The position numbers were made by a program, and so were the translations under genes. From an uncultured Poribacteria bacterium (GTDB lineage: Bacteria; Poribacteria; WGA-4E; WGA-3G), in contig OX638351.1 in NCBI GenBank assembly GCA_951813565.1, positions 736,001 to 800,000 of the forward strand: 64,000 nucleotides of DNA, written 5' to 3'. Position 1 is the stretch's first letter; each line of letters starts with the position of its first letter. Below are positions 1-9,895 of the stretch, in pieces. The notes below the pieces were generated by a model. The model did not search any database. It worked only from the letters and a program-made list of their open reading frames with translations, and had not been told where the DNA came from.

Positions 1-480
1 GACTTCTATACCTTGATGCGACAACTCTGATGCCGCTTCTCTATAGTCAAGAAGGGCAGACAGACGACACATCGTTTCAGCAACACGACGCGTGTATTGA
101 CCCAATAACTTCTGTTTGACCTCCCACGGCGCGTGACGATGTCCTTGTTCACAACAATACACCCAACGATTTACGCTTGTTTTTCCACAAAGTGTTGTGA
201 AATAACGCGCACGCATACGCAATGGACGACAAAGTTCTTGACACGCTGGACATTCAACTGGTTCACGCTCTTTCTTATTTGACTTTTTAGAAACACACAT
301 TTCTAAAAACTTTTGTTTAAAAGAACAAAATGCTTCGGAAACACGGACTTCAACATCACCTAAAGATAAACCCTCGTCAGAATTGATGTCTACATAAAGA
401 TCGTTGATCTCTTTTACAAACTCGTTAAAATCTGCTTTGTAATCGTTGCCTTCACAAGGACTTAATGATATACTTGGCAT
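1..480 (-). CDS. ISKra4-like (IS256 superfamily) transposase, N-terminal part; runs off the window start
   Basis: Manual translation from the ATG at 480 (RBS GGAGAGG): MPSISLSPCEG...VECPACQELCRPLRMRARYFTTLCGKTSVNRWVYCCEQGHRHAPWEVKQKLLGQYTRRVAETMCRLSALLDYREAASEL. The CxxC / R..T.LG...R..Y.C pattern is typical of ISKra4-type transposases. Open frame 1..480, absent from the ORF track. Confidence 0.8.
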   Translation of the reverse strand, partial: MPSISLSPCEGNDYKADFNEFVKEINDLYVDINSDEGLSLGDVEVRVSEAFCSFKQKFLEMCVSKKSNKKEREPVECPACQELCRPLRMRARYFTTLCGKTSVNRWVYCCEQGHRHAPWEVKQKLLGQYTRRVAETMCRLSALLDYREAASELSHQGIEV

Positions 481-592
481 TGGTATCCTCTCCTATAATA
501 GTGTGATAATTATTAGGGTAGGATACCAGTTATATACATTTTCTACAAGAACTCCATTCATTTCAATTTCATGCCAAAAACTTTACACACCC
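1..592 (-). mobile_element. IS element left end; putative terminal IR GGGTGTGTAAAGTTTTTG (575..592, minus strand)
   Basis: Lies upstream of the transposase; the same motif forms both ends of the element at 9896..10142. Confidence 0.6.
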
Positions 593-608
593 ATAAATCA
601 GAAAAAAG

Positions 609-637
609 TTGACAAATACTTGGTAATCGTGTATACT
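609..637 (+). promoter_or_regulatory. sigma70 promoter of the tRNA pair
   Basis: TTGACA-17 nt-TATACT. Confidence 0.8.
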
Positions 638-653
638 ATTATATTGTTCTTTA

Positions 654-739
654 GGTCGAGTGGTGGAATCGGTAGACACAATGGACTTAAAATCCATCGC
701 CCATAAACAGGCGTGAGGGTTCAAGTCCCTCCTCGACCA
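654..739 (+). tRNA. tRNA-Leu (TAA)
   Basis: Acceptor GGTCGAG/CTCGACC, anticodon arm ATGGA-CTTAAAA-TCCAT, long variable arm, TTCAAGT T-loop. Confidence 0.95.
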
Positions 740-752
740 TATTGATTTTTGC

Positions 753-826
<74 letters not shown>

Positions 827-886
827 TCTTCCTTATTTCCCCCGCAATTTTTTCCTTCTATACATCTATAATACATAACACCTCAA

Positions 887-914
887 TAGGCGCGCTTACA
901 AAAAGCGCGCCTAC
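887..914 (-). repeat. GTAG-type REP-like hairpin (GTAGGCGCGCTTTTTGTAAGCGCGCC), possible terminator between convergent units
   Basis: Palindrome with a 5' GTAG on the minus strand. Confidence 0.6.
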
Positions 915-979
915 TTGTGATTGTAAGAGCCGTTGATGCTGCGCTATAAATGTTTTATGTGATGATGTAGTAACTTGGG

Positions 980-2044
980 TTAGTGTAAGACACTGAAATC
1001 ATCGGGAGGATGCACTGGATAGGGACTGATATCGTAGTCACCATCCAGCGAAATATCGTCAACCATGACGATTTTATCTGATAGCGCGGATTGGTGCATC
1101 GCAAAAATAGTCTGGATGATGTGTAAGTTGCTGCGTCCATCTGTAAGCGGTTTGTTGCCCATTTGCAAGCATTCAAGAAAGTGAACCATTGCATTACCGA
1201 AAGCATCAGGAAACCAAGTTCCGTCTATTTCGGGTTTAATCTGGTGTATTTCAGGTTCTGTGAGGTGAACGGTCATATCTGCGCTATTTCCGTAGATAAC
1301 ACCTTTGGTGCCTTGAATTCGGATTTCTTCGTGTGGATGTTTGAGATTGTGGCCAGAATTTGCGAGGAATGACCAGTTACAGGAAAGCAATCCTTTTATT
1401 CCGCTGCGGCATTTGAAAAGAGCGACAGAAATTGTTTCGCCTTCTTCAACGGATCGGTCATGTCCATGTGCTTGGCAGTAGACACTTTCAAACTCTCCAA
1501 ACCATTTATGGATAAGACTGATATGATGCACTTGCATTACAGGGATAAGGTGTTTTCCGGGATAGGTGGTATGAAATCCGTTGCAGGTAATGGAAACGTG
1601 GTAGATTTCACCGAGGTGTTCGGTGTTTATATTGGGCTCAATAGCGAGAAATCCCGGCACAAAACATGAGTTTTGGTTTATCATGAGTTGCACATTGTGC
1701 TTGTCACAGGTGTTTACCATCTCAACGGCTTGGGGCATCGTCATTGAAAAAGGTTTTTGGCAGAAGATGTGTTTTCCTGCTTGGGCGGCAGCGTTCACAA
1801 TGGGCGACCGTATCCACGGATGGACTGCCATGTCAACGATATCAACATCTGCATCAGCAATCAAGTCAACGATGCGGGTATACCGTTTGTGGATGTTAAA
1901 CCTGTCGCTAACCTCATGCAGGCGTTCTTCGTTTTTATCACAAATTGCAGCGACTCGTAAGTTCTTACGTTGATAACCGAGTAGGTGTTGCTGTCCTATT
2001 CCTAAGCCTATTAGACCGATGCCGAGGTCTTGCAAGTTTGTCAT
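980..2044 (-). CDS. Gfo/Idh/MocA family oxidoreductase
   Basis: GLIGLGIG Rossmann start, GKHIFCQKP motif. Confidence 0.9.
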   Translation of the reverse strand: MTNLQDLGIGLIGLGIGQQHLLGYQRKNLRVAAICDKNEERLHEVSDRFNIHKRYTRIVDLIADADVDIVDMAVHPWIRSPIVNAAAQAGKHIFCQKPFSMTMPQAVEMVNTCDKHNVQLMINQNSCFVPGFLAIEPNINTEHLGEIYHVSITCNGFHTTYPGKHLIPVMQVHHISLIHKWFGEFESVYCQAHGHDRSVEEGETISVALFKCRSGIKGLLSCNWSFLANSGHNLKHPHEEIRIQGTKGVIYGNSADMTVHLTEPEIHQIKPEIDGTWFPDAFGNAMVHFLECLQMGNKPLTDGRSNLHIIQTIFAMHQSALSDKIVMVDDISLDGDYDISPYPVHPPDDFSVLH

Positions 2045-2101
2045 GTGTTTTGTAATTTCTTGATAGAGAGACAGCTTGTATTACACTATAAACACAAAAT
2101 C

Positions 2102-3364
2102 TCAAATGCCTAACCCGTCATCAATTTCTTGCTGATAAGTATTGATGGATTCGTCAAGCATTTTGTCCAAGTGAACGATTTGTCCTGTCGCACCGGATTC
2201 AAGCATCGCATAAGAGATTGCAACGGAACGGGTGCCTTGATACGCATCAACTTCAATAGGATGATTGCCAGCAATTGCTTCCGCGAAATCACCATACTCA
2301 ATTGCAATGATCTTCGCATCCGTATCGGGAAACGGGAAATTATATTGCCACAGACGGTCACCACCGAACAGGTCAGTCGTAACGGCATCAAGACGAAAAT
2401 CCGGCACAAGGTCTAATAATTTTTCATCGTTAATCGTGCCTTGTCCATCAATTTGTAGAGAGATAACTCTGCCACTTCTGTCCCCTGGAAGTGTCATTGA
2501 GCCTTGAGACCCGTTAATTTGTCTGACCCAACCCCCTTGTCCCCACGCGCCGTGGTCTTCAATATATTGCCCGACGACTCCATTTTTAAAAGTCAACGTT
2601 GCATACGCCGCGTCTTCTGCTGTTGCCTCAAATTCAGCAGGCATTTTACGTTGCCATTCCGTATAGACACCCGCGGGATTCGACCCGGATTCACCACTTA
2701 TTGCAGCAGGGTTGTGTCGGATCGGTTCATGAAGGCGAGTTTGCGCGTAGACGGTTTCAACTTCACCGAGCAGATACTCAATGATATCGGCATAATGGAC
2801 ACCAACATCAAGCAGGACACCACTTTGATCTTTTTGATGCCGCCAGACAGAGATAAGCATGCGATTTGAACCACCAATCGCATGATGAATAAGAAAGCGC
2901 GGTTTCCCAATAACTTCCGCATCAAGCAAGGCTTTAGCAAGCCGATTGACAGGGTCGCGCCGATAGTTCTCTGCGACACTCAGCACAGCATCAGATTTTT
3001 CTGCTGCACGACGGATTAGGTTACATGCGCGAACGGTCAATCCCATCGGTTTTTCTACCATCGTATGCCATCCACGTTCAAGTGTTTCAACGGCAACGGT
3101 ATGGTGATACGGTGGTGTAGTTGTTACGTCAACGGCGTCAACACCGATTTCAGCGAGTTCTTCCAGATTTCCAACAACAGCAGGTTTCTTGCCGAAACGC
3201 CCCTCTGCTTGTGCAGCAAGTGACTCAGCATTGGCAAGAACAGGGTCACACGCGCCGACGAGATCAAACCGCTCCCATCCTGCCCGATGGAGTTCTGCTA
3301 ACCCATACATGTGTCGGTGTCCCATACCGCCACATCCAACAATTGCTAATCGAATAGTATTCAT
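2102..3364 (-). CDS. Gfo/Idh/MocA family oxidoreductase
   Basis: IVGCGGMG, MVEKPM, DVGVHYAD. Confidence 0.9.
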   Translation of the reverse strand: MNTIRLAIVGCGGMGHRHMYGLAELHRAGWERFDLVGACDPVLANAESLAAQAEGRFGKKPAVVGNLEELAEIGVDAVDVTTTPPYHHTVAVETLERGWHTMVEKPMGLTVRACNLIRRAAEKSDAVLSVAENYRRDPVNRLAKALLDAEVIGKPRFLIHHAIGGSNRMLISVWRHQKDQSGVLLDVGVHYADIIEYLLGEVETVYAQTRLHEPIRHNPAAISGESGSNPAGVYTEWQRKMPAEFEATAEDAAYATLTFKNGVVGQYIEDHGAWGQGGWVRQINGSQGSMTLPGDRSGRVISLQIDGQGTINDEKLLDLVPDFRLDAVTTDLFGGDRLWQYNFPFPDTDAKIIAIEYGDFAEAIAGNHPIEVDAYQGTRSVAISYAMLESGATGQIVHLDKMLDESINTYQQEIDDGLGI

Positions 3365-3373
3365 ATCTCGTTC

Positions 3374-4996
3374 CTAATTCTTAAGTATAACTTCCAACCT
3401 TTTTAGATCTTTTTCCAGTAGTTTTCTATCACTTTTATATAGGTCTCGACGGTTTAGCACACTTTCAGCGTATTTTTTCCCTCTGCTGATAAGTGGGCCT
3501 CTTATCCTTACTTTGCCGGGACCGACATTATATGCACCGAGTGCCAGGGTTACATTATTGAGATATTTCTCTAAAAGATAGTTGAAATAGACCAATCCCG
3601 CGTTTAGGTTTTTCTCAGCGTCAAATCGCTCATCTACTTTCCTATCAAAGTTTGGTTTAAGTTTATTCGAGTATCTTGGGACTTTCAAGCCGTATTCCCG
3701 TGCGGTTCCAGGCACCATCTGCATTAAGCCGCCTGCCCCAGTTTTTGACACAGCCACAGGATTAAATTTTGATTCTACATAAATAATGGCTAACATCAGT
3801 TCAATAGAGATGTTGTGTTTTTTTGCAATTTGAATGCTCTTTTTTAGTGAAGAATTAGGTGTAGGTTTAACTTTTTCGGGGTAAGGCTTATCAGGTGTTT
3901 GCGGTGTTACGTGGGGTGTTGTACTGCTAAGGTCTGATTCAGCACCTTTTAGGTTATCAGGTGTTTGCGGTGTCTCAATGGGAGTTGTGTTGCTGGATAT
4001 AGGTTTGACTTTTTCGTTTCTAAGCCTATCAGATGTTTGTTGTGGTTCACCAAAAGTGAGACCAATTGAAAGTAGATGTTTATACTCAAGATTGTTTTCA
4101 TTCAAAAAAGTATAATAGGTTTGCTTCCCCCACTGTTTGAATGCGAGTCCTAAACTCCATGAGTGAGTAGGTGTTCCAGTGTCAAAGGAGAAATGCGATC
4201 CGACATTAGCAGAAAGAGGTCCTGTCACGATTTCCACACTTGTACCCAAACTCGGAGGTACAGTATTAAAACTGGCATGCCATCTAACAAATTGATGGGG
4301 TATTAGGGTAGTTCCTACAGCAAATTGCGGGTCAAAGGTTTTTAAAACTATACCATTTTTATCTTGAATGGATACACCGCTAATATCGCGAATCTGCATG
4401 CCTACGATAGCATGAGGGGAAAGAGTCATCAATGCTCCGATATCATAATTTGGAGCCCAGAGGCTGTTCTGATAAGGGGCACGACTATATCCAGTGCTTG
4501 CTCCAAGCTGCACCGGTCCGAATTTCCTTGCATAGGAGAGTAGAGCTTGATTGTAACCGTACTCAAATGTGCCAATAGGGTTGGAATCGTGATTTACCAA
4601 GAAACGATCAGAAAGGTTGAGATCAAGGAGGTTTATACCGAAAGTTCCAATTGGGTTAATAGGATATGCAAGGGAAAACGCACCTTGTGAGAAATCATAA
4701 ATCAGATTTCCACGGTCAAGGGATGCGAGTCCTGCGGGATTCCAAAGCGGACTTGTTGCATCATCAGCACCACTAATAAAAGCACGACTCAATCCGAGTC
4801 CGCGCGTTCCAATTGCAGGTCTCGGTTGATGTGTTTCAATTTCGTGCTGACTGTTGACCGAATCTGAAAAGATGTGATTTCCACTGGGAAAACACATGAA
4901 TAGGAGGAGTAAGATGACTGTGAAAAACCATCTTGGTTCACGGGAGATCAAGGTGGCGAGCTGGATTTTCACTTTTCCCTTTGTATCTAATTTCAA
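3374..4996 (-). CDS. PorV/FadL-like outer-membrane beta-barrel fused to a C-terminal SLT lytic transglycosylase (start uncertain, possibly GTG at 4972)
   Basis: GTRGLGLSRAFISGADDATSPLWNPAGLA N-terminal motif; Pro/Thr linker; SLT motifs YVESKFNP, GAGGLMQ, AYNVGP. Confidence 0.8.
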   Translation of the reverse strand: MKLDTKGKVKIQLATLISREPRWFFTVILLLLFMCFPSGNHIFSDSVNSQHEIETHQPRPAIGTRGLGLSRAFISGADDATSPLWNPAGLASLDRGNLIYDFSQGAFSLAYPINPIGTFGINLLDLNLSDRFLVNHDSNPIGTFEYGYNQALLSYARKFGPVQLGASTGYSRAPYQNSLWAPNYDIGALMTLSPHAIVGMQIRDISGVSIQDKNGIVLKTFDPQFAVGTTLIPHQFVRWHASFNTVPPSLGTSVEIVTGPLSANVGSHFSFDTGTPTHSWSLGLAFKQWGKQTYYTFLNENNLEYKHLLSIGLTFGEPQQTSDRLRNEKVKPISSNTTPIETPQTPDNLKGAESDLSSTTPHVTPQTPDKPYPEKVKPTPNSSLKKSIQIAKKHNISIELMLAIIYVESKFNPVAVSKTGAGGLMQMVPGTAREYGLKVPRYSNKLKPNFDRKVDERFDAEKNLNAGLVYFNYLLEKYLNNVTLALGAYNVGPGKVRIRGPLISRGKKYAESVLNRRDLYKSDRKLLEKDLKRLEVILKN

Positions 4997-5753
4997 AATG
5001 CAGATGAGGACCTGTTGAAATTCCGGTGTTTCCGGTCAAACCGATAACTTGTCCTTGTCGGACGAAATCACCGACGGATACATAAATCCTTGACAAGTGT
5101 CCATAAGATGTGCTGAAATCGTCTTCGTGTTGTATGGAGACTGTTTTGCCATAGCCGCCTTTTCTTGCTGCATAGGTAACTGTCCCTGTCTTTGAAGCAT
5201 AAACTCGTGTACCAGTTCTTGCACGGAAATCTATGCCTTCGTGCAGACGGTAATGGCGCGTTACAGGATGGTTGCGATAACCGTAATGTGATGTTACAAC
5301 TAAAGGAATTTGTAACGGAATTTCGAAACCGACACTTTCATGAACCGGGATAAAAATTTCCTGACCTATTTGGAGTTGTTTCGGATTGGAAATGTTATTT
5401 ATTTTTTGAAGTTCTTTCCAATCCTTAATATTGTGCTTTCGTGCGATATTATATAATGTATCCCCGTCTTTAATAACATGCCAAGTCCCATCCGCACTTC
5501 CACCGGCATTTGGGGTTTTTGCGTCGATTGGGATTATTAACTTTTTTCCAATTTGCAAGTGATCTATAGACTTCAAATTGTTGGTTTTGGCAATAGATTT
5601 TACGGACACATCATATTTTCTGGCAATCCCTGACAATGTTTCTCCTGCCTTGACCTTATGTACTAGTCCTGCAATACACGAAGATGTCCACGATACTGAA
5701 ATAAAAACAATGGATAAAACGGTTATAACTACTTTAAAATTTTTTCTCTTCAT
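4938..5753 (-). CDS. LysM-LysM-M23 peptidoglycan endopeptidase
   Basis: Two LysM repeats; HEGIDF, YGHLS and GPHLHFE M23 motifs; signal peptide. Confidence 0.92.
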   Translation of the reverse strand: MKRKNFKVVITVLSIVFISVSWTSSCIAGLVHKVKAGETLSGIARKYDVSVKSIAKTNNLKSIDHLQIGKKLIIPIDAKTPNAGGSADGTWHVIKDGDTLYNIARKHNIKDWKELQKINNISNPKQLQIGQEIFIPVHESVGFEIPLQIPLVVTSHYGYRNHPVTRHYRLHEGIDFRARTGTRVYASKTGTVTYAARKGGYGKTVSIQHEDDFSTSYGHLSRIYVSVGDFVRQGQVIGLTGNTGISTGPHLHFEIRYKGKSENPARHLDLP

Positions 5754-6044
5754 TTCATACCTACAATTGGGTTATGCCAGCCTGAAACTATCTTATGAAC
5801 TGCAATAAATAGTGCTTAATAGACCCTTGCCACGCTTATGAGGTGAATATTATAATAGATTTTACAATTGAATGATACATCTTGATAGGTCCGCTTACAG
5901 AGCACACCTCCAAGTAGATGTATACCTATTTTATACTTTACTATACCATATAAATAACGAAATGCCCAATGAATTTTTTCTGTTGACGAGATTTACGCTC
6001 CATTTGAGTTTAGTACGATAGTTCGTTTTCCTATAGCTGCGATG

Positions 6045-6578
6045 CTATTCACGGGCTACCTTTAGCAATATCTCTGTCGTATCTGAAAAAATTTGCGTGT
6101 CGGTTTGAATTCCTGTGGATTCAACAGAAACGACTTCGCTGATCACAGTCACAACGAGTTGTAGAACCTCAACCCGCGTATTTACTTCACCTAACGTATC
6201 GGGGGCTGTCCATGTTACTGGATTGTCGTTGGTGGAGGAAAGCGTTCCATAATCGGTAATGTTTAGCCAATGTAAGACGACACTTGTTCCTCTAACCCCC
6301 TTAACTGCAGCAGTCAGTTCTACTTGTTCTCCCGGCTTGACCACTTTTTTTGTAACCGTCACTGTTACATCAAGATCACCCGCTTCCTCTACGTTTCCTA
6401 CCTCTTCGGTGGTTTCTAATGCAACGATAGCATCACCAGAATCCGCTATATCCTCTTCCACCAAATCAGCGTCAGTTACGGGGTTATTCAAGTTACTACC
6501 ACCGCATCCTGAGATATTTAAAACTAACCCAACAAAAAAAATGCTAAAAAATAATACAAGAAATTGAAATGTTCTCAT
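6045..6578 (-). CDS. hypothetical lipoprotein with Ig-like region
   Basis: Hydrophobic N-terminus ending in an ISGC lipobox; VTWTAP beta-rich region. Confidence 0.65.
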   Translation of the reverse strand: MRTFQFLVLFFSIFFVGLVLNISGCGGSNLNNPVTDADLVEEDIADSGDAIVALETTEEVGNVEEAGDLDVTVTVTKKVVKPGEQVELTAAVKGVRGTSVVLHWLNITDYGTLSSTNDNPVTWTAPDTLGEVNTRVEVLQLVVTVISEVVSVESTGIQTDTQIFSDTTEILLKVARE

Positions 6579-6811
6579 GACTCCACCCATTTTCTACATT
6601 TGGGACAGAACGCTCAACATTACTTGTCCAAATCCCGTCTCCGTAGATAAGACAGATTAGGTTTTTGGTTTTAAGCGCACACGCAACACTATACGCCTTA
6701 AAATCTTTGGGCAAACCCAATCCGTAAAAATTAATATGGATACACAATAATTTTAATACGGATAAAGCGGAAAACGGTTGCAAAAAAAAATGAGTGAGAC
6801 ACTAAAAGAGG

Positions 6812-6845
6812 GATTTGGCAGGGCAGAATTGCCTCTGCCAAATCA
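6812..6845 (-). terminator. hairpin downstream of the cytochrome c gene
   Basis: GATTTGGCAG...CTGCCAAATC inverted repeat. Confidence 0.5.
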
Positions 6846-6850
6846 ATAGG

Positions 6851-7630
6851 TTATCTTGCGGAACTTTCCAATTGCTCACGCAGGAAGGTGACAATGTCCG
6901 CTATATCTTGGTCACTGAGGATATCAGAAGCGTAGAAAGGCATTAGAGTGCTACCGCCACCACGAATTGTTTTAGCCCAGCGAACTACTGTTTTATCAAT
7001 ATCACGCGGTAATCTGGTCCCAACAATCCGAATACCGATACCGGATTTTTTAGCCGTAGGATGACAGACGACACAAGCACGTCCGAAAAGTTTCCATCCT
7101 TTTTCTGCATCACCGGGCATCGCAGCGATTTTTTCGCCAGCTGCCGTTTTTGCATCATCATCTAACATTTCCATTTTAAATTCCGGGCCTTTGTTATCTC
7201 CCGAAATTGCTTCAAAGTAAGCCATGAGTGCTTCCGCATGCTCGGCTGGAATCGCAGTAGGGTTAACTTTATCGGGACGGACCTTTTGTAAAAAGTGCTC
7301 ATAACAGAAACCACCACCACCGGCAGCACGTGCAAAATTAGCACCTGAAATCATCCCGCCTTTTGCTGATCCGCGTTGTGGGACACCGATCATACTATGT
7401 CCCGCACGAATTAAACCGTCAGGCTTGGCAGATTCATCAAAATCTGCATGGCAGTCCGCGCAAGAAAGTCCTGTTGCGACTTTAGGACTGATAGTTCCTT
7501 TAAATGTTGGGTCATGAAAAAGTTCGCGTCCAAGTTGCGCTTTGTCTCCTAACTGTTGTGCTTGTGTAAAATAGACTAACGCCGCTATCAACATTATTAC
7601 GCAAATTGAAAGCGATACGACTTTACGCAT
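6851..7630 (-). CDS. exported diheme c-type cytochrome (TsdA/SoxA-like layout)
   Basis: Signal peptide, CADCH and CVVCH motifs, extra Cys (GFCYEHF) between the hemes, distal LMP motif. Confidence 0.8.
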   Translation of the reverse strand: MRKVVSLSICVIMLIAALVYFTQAQQLGDKAQLGRELFHDPTFKGTISPKVATGLSCADCHADFDESAKPDGLIRAGHSMIGVPQRGSAKGGMISGANFARAAGGGGFCYEHFLQKVRPDKVNPTAIPAEHAEALMAYFEAISGDNKGPEFKMEMLDDDAKTAAGEKIAAMPGDAEKGWKLFGRACVVCHPTAKKSGIGIRIVGTRLPRDIDKTVVRWAKTIRGGGSTLMPFYASDILSDQDIADIVTFLREQLESSAR

Positions 7631-7777
7631 CAAAAATCTCCTTTTATGTTAAAAATATGTTATGCTTTAGACATTCTATCAAATATAAAATACGTTGTCA
7701 AGAAAAAAACGTTTAAATTAAAATATTATCGCTGTTGATATTGATAATTAATAGGATTTCTGGTGTATTCAGCAATG

Positions 7778-8305
7778 TTAAATGTTTTCTAATACAGCAA
7801 TGTATGGCAAATTTCGATGTAATTGTCCATGGTCAAGCCCATATCCTACCACGAAAACGTTCGGAATTTCAAAACCGGAATAATCAACCGGAACTGAAAC
7901 TTCGCGTCGAGATGGTTTATCCAGAAGGGTACAGATCTTAATAGTCTTTGGGTTTAATGAACCGAGATGTTCTACAAGAAACTTCAAGGTGCGTCCTGTG
8001 TCAATAATATCCTCTACAATAAGAACATGTCTATGTTTAATGTAATCGCTCCCCGCCCGGATAAATTCAATATTTTTAGATGATTCCGTACTATTATAGT
8101 AACTTGAGGTTTGCAAGAACTCAAAGCGAAGTGGTAAAGATATTTCACGGGCGAGATCCGCGAAAAACAACGTTGCACCTCTCAGTACGCAGACAAGGAC
8201 AAGTTCCTGATTTTCATAGTCCTTGGATATTTGCTTGCCGAGTTCCTGAATTCGCTTCTGAATCTGTGATTCAGAAATCAGAACGGATTTAGGAAACGGT
8301 TTCAT
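7778..8305 (-). CDS. hpt: hypoxanthine phosphoribosyltransferase
   Basis: VLIVEDIIDTGRTL PRPP motif, FVVGYGLD; follows tilS. Confidence 0.95.
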   Translation of the reverse strand: MKPFPKSVLISESQIQKRIQELGKQISKDYENQELVLVCVLRGATLFFADLAREISLPLRFEFLQTSSYYNSTESSKNIEFIRAGSDYIKHRHVLIVEDIIDTGRTLKFLVEHLGSLNPKTIKICTLLDKPSRREVSVPVDYSGFEIPNVFVVGYGLDHGQLHRNLPYIAVLENI

Positions 8306-9719
8306 CTTTTCCATAATGTAAGTGAAGATACCTTTGTGTTTGCGGTTGGATTTTGAACCTCTCATTGGTGGTAAACCCAATGACCCACAAAATTTCATCA
8401 CCATAGACAAGCATTGGAATACGATTGCGTTCACTGCCTGGCACCTTTATATCCATAAAGAAATCCTTAATTTTTTTCGTCCCGTGCATGCCATGCGGTT
8501 GAAATCGGTCACCCTGTCGCCGATTGCGGACTATTAGTGGCAATTGGATCTCGCTGTAATCAAGCATTGCCTCAAAAGTTCCATCAGGTAAGGGTGGAAA
8601 ATCGTCTGGAGATGTATCGTATAAATATGCCGTGATTTCTGTATTTAATGCGGGGATAAACGTTTTCCCCGGCACATTCAGTGGATAGGCGAAATCCCCT
8701 GTCTCAACAGGTGTTTTCGCAAAAACAAGTTGTTCATAAGCACGTCTGAACTGGATACCGTTCGGAAGCGATAACACAGCATTCGGCTTATCCCTATTGA
8801 TAAGACCGAGAATTGCTTGAAAATGTTCGAAATAGAAGTCATCTACCTGTCCAAAAAATTCAGCGATGCTGTGCCTTAGAATCCGTCTTTGCAATGCAAT
8901 GTGATTCTGTAGGAATTTTTCCCTATCTAACACAATGCATGTAGATTGAGATGACGGAAGTCTACAAAGGTCAAATGTCTCACGCGCAATTGCGCCAAGA
9001 TAATCCGATTCTGCGTTTAAAACTTCAGCGGTCCGACTTAATCCTGTTCTGATATTTGAATTATAGTCCTGTTCAAGCAGCGGAACCAACTCATGGCGAA
9101 TTCGGTTACGAAGATAACGTTTATCTGTATTCGTTGAATCCAATCTTGGCACAAGATTAATTGATTTGAGAAATGCTTCAATTTCTTGGCGGGTGAACGC
9201 TGCGAGCGGACGGATAAACTTTCCGGCTCTGATAGGTGCGATCCCTTTTAACCCATCAGATCCTGTGCCACGAAGTAGATTCATCAACACTGTTTCGGCT
9301 ATATCGTCTCGGTGGTGTCCGAGGGCAACTTTGGTCGCGCCTATTTGTGCACAGACAGATTCATAAAATTCGTAACGTGCCTTACGCCCTGCAGCCTCTA
9401 CAGAAAGTTTCCACTGTTTTGCTAAATGTGGTAAATCGACGGCGTGCTCAATAAAAGGTAACCATAAATGCACGGCGTGTTCACAGACAAATTGAGCGTC
9501 TGCGTCAGAATCATCTCTGATACCGTGATCAAGGTGAACAACGTGAAGGTGGCAGTTTAGATGTGTGTGCAGGGCATGCAACCCGTAAAGTAGTGCAAGT
9601 GAATCAGCACCACCTGAGACTGCAACGAGCACCGTTTCTCCATCCTCAATCATCGTGTGCTGCAAAATGAAACGATACATCTCTTGCACAAAACGGGCTT
9701 CCATGAGGTGGGCCTTCAA
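8289..9719 (-). CDS. tilS: tRNA(Ile)-lysidine synthetase (start may be ATG at 9704)
   Basis: VAVSGGADS PP-loop, GHHRDDIAET, RNRIR, TilS C-terminal domain. Confidence 0.95.
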   Translation of the reverse strand: MKAHLMEARFVQEMYRFILQHTMIEDGETVLVAVSGGADSLALLYGLHALHTHLNCHLHVVHLDHGIRDDSDADAQFVCEHAVHLWLPFIEHAVDLPHLAKQWKLSVEAAGRKARYEFYESVCAQIGATKVALGHHRDDIAETVLMNLLRGTGSDGLKGIAPIRAGKFIRPLAAFTRQEIEAFLKSINLVPRLDSTNTDKRYLRNRIRHELVPLLEQDYNSNIRTGLSRTAEVLNAESDYLGAIARETFDLCRLPSSQSTCIVLDREKFLQNHIALQRRILRHSIAEFFGQVDDFYFEHFQAILGLINRDKPNAVLSLPNGIQFRRAYEQLVFAKTPVETGDFAYPLNVPGKTFIPALNTEITAYLYDTSPDDFPPLPDGTFEAMLDYSEIQLPLIVRNRRQGDRFQPHGMHGTKKIKDFFMDIKVPGSERNRIPMLVYGDEILWVIGFTTNERFKIQPQTQRYLHLHYGKDETVS

Positions 9720-9726
9720 AGAACAA

Positions 9727-9798
9727 TGCCGGTGCGGAGAGTCGAACTCCGGACAGCACGATTATGAGTCGTGTGCTCTACCACTGAGCTACACCGGC
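9727..9798 (-). tRNA. tRNA with CAT anticodon (elongator Met or Ile2)
   Basis: GCCGGTG acceptor, CACGA-CTCATAA-TCGTG anticodon arm, TTCGACT T-loop. Confidence 0.92.
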
Positions 9799-9895
9799 AC
9801 GTTAAAATCTGATTTAAGTATATCACATGTTTTTTTTAAAGTCAAACATATTTTGTTCTCTCTGTGGGAAGTTTTCTCCATAATCTATAAATCAG

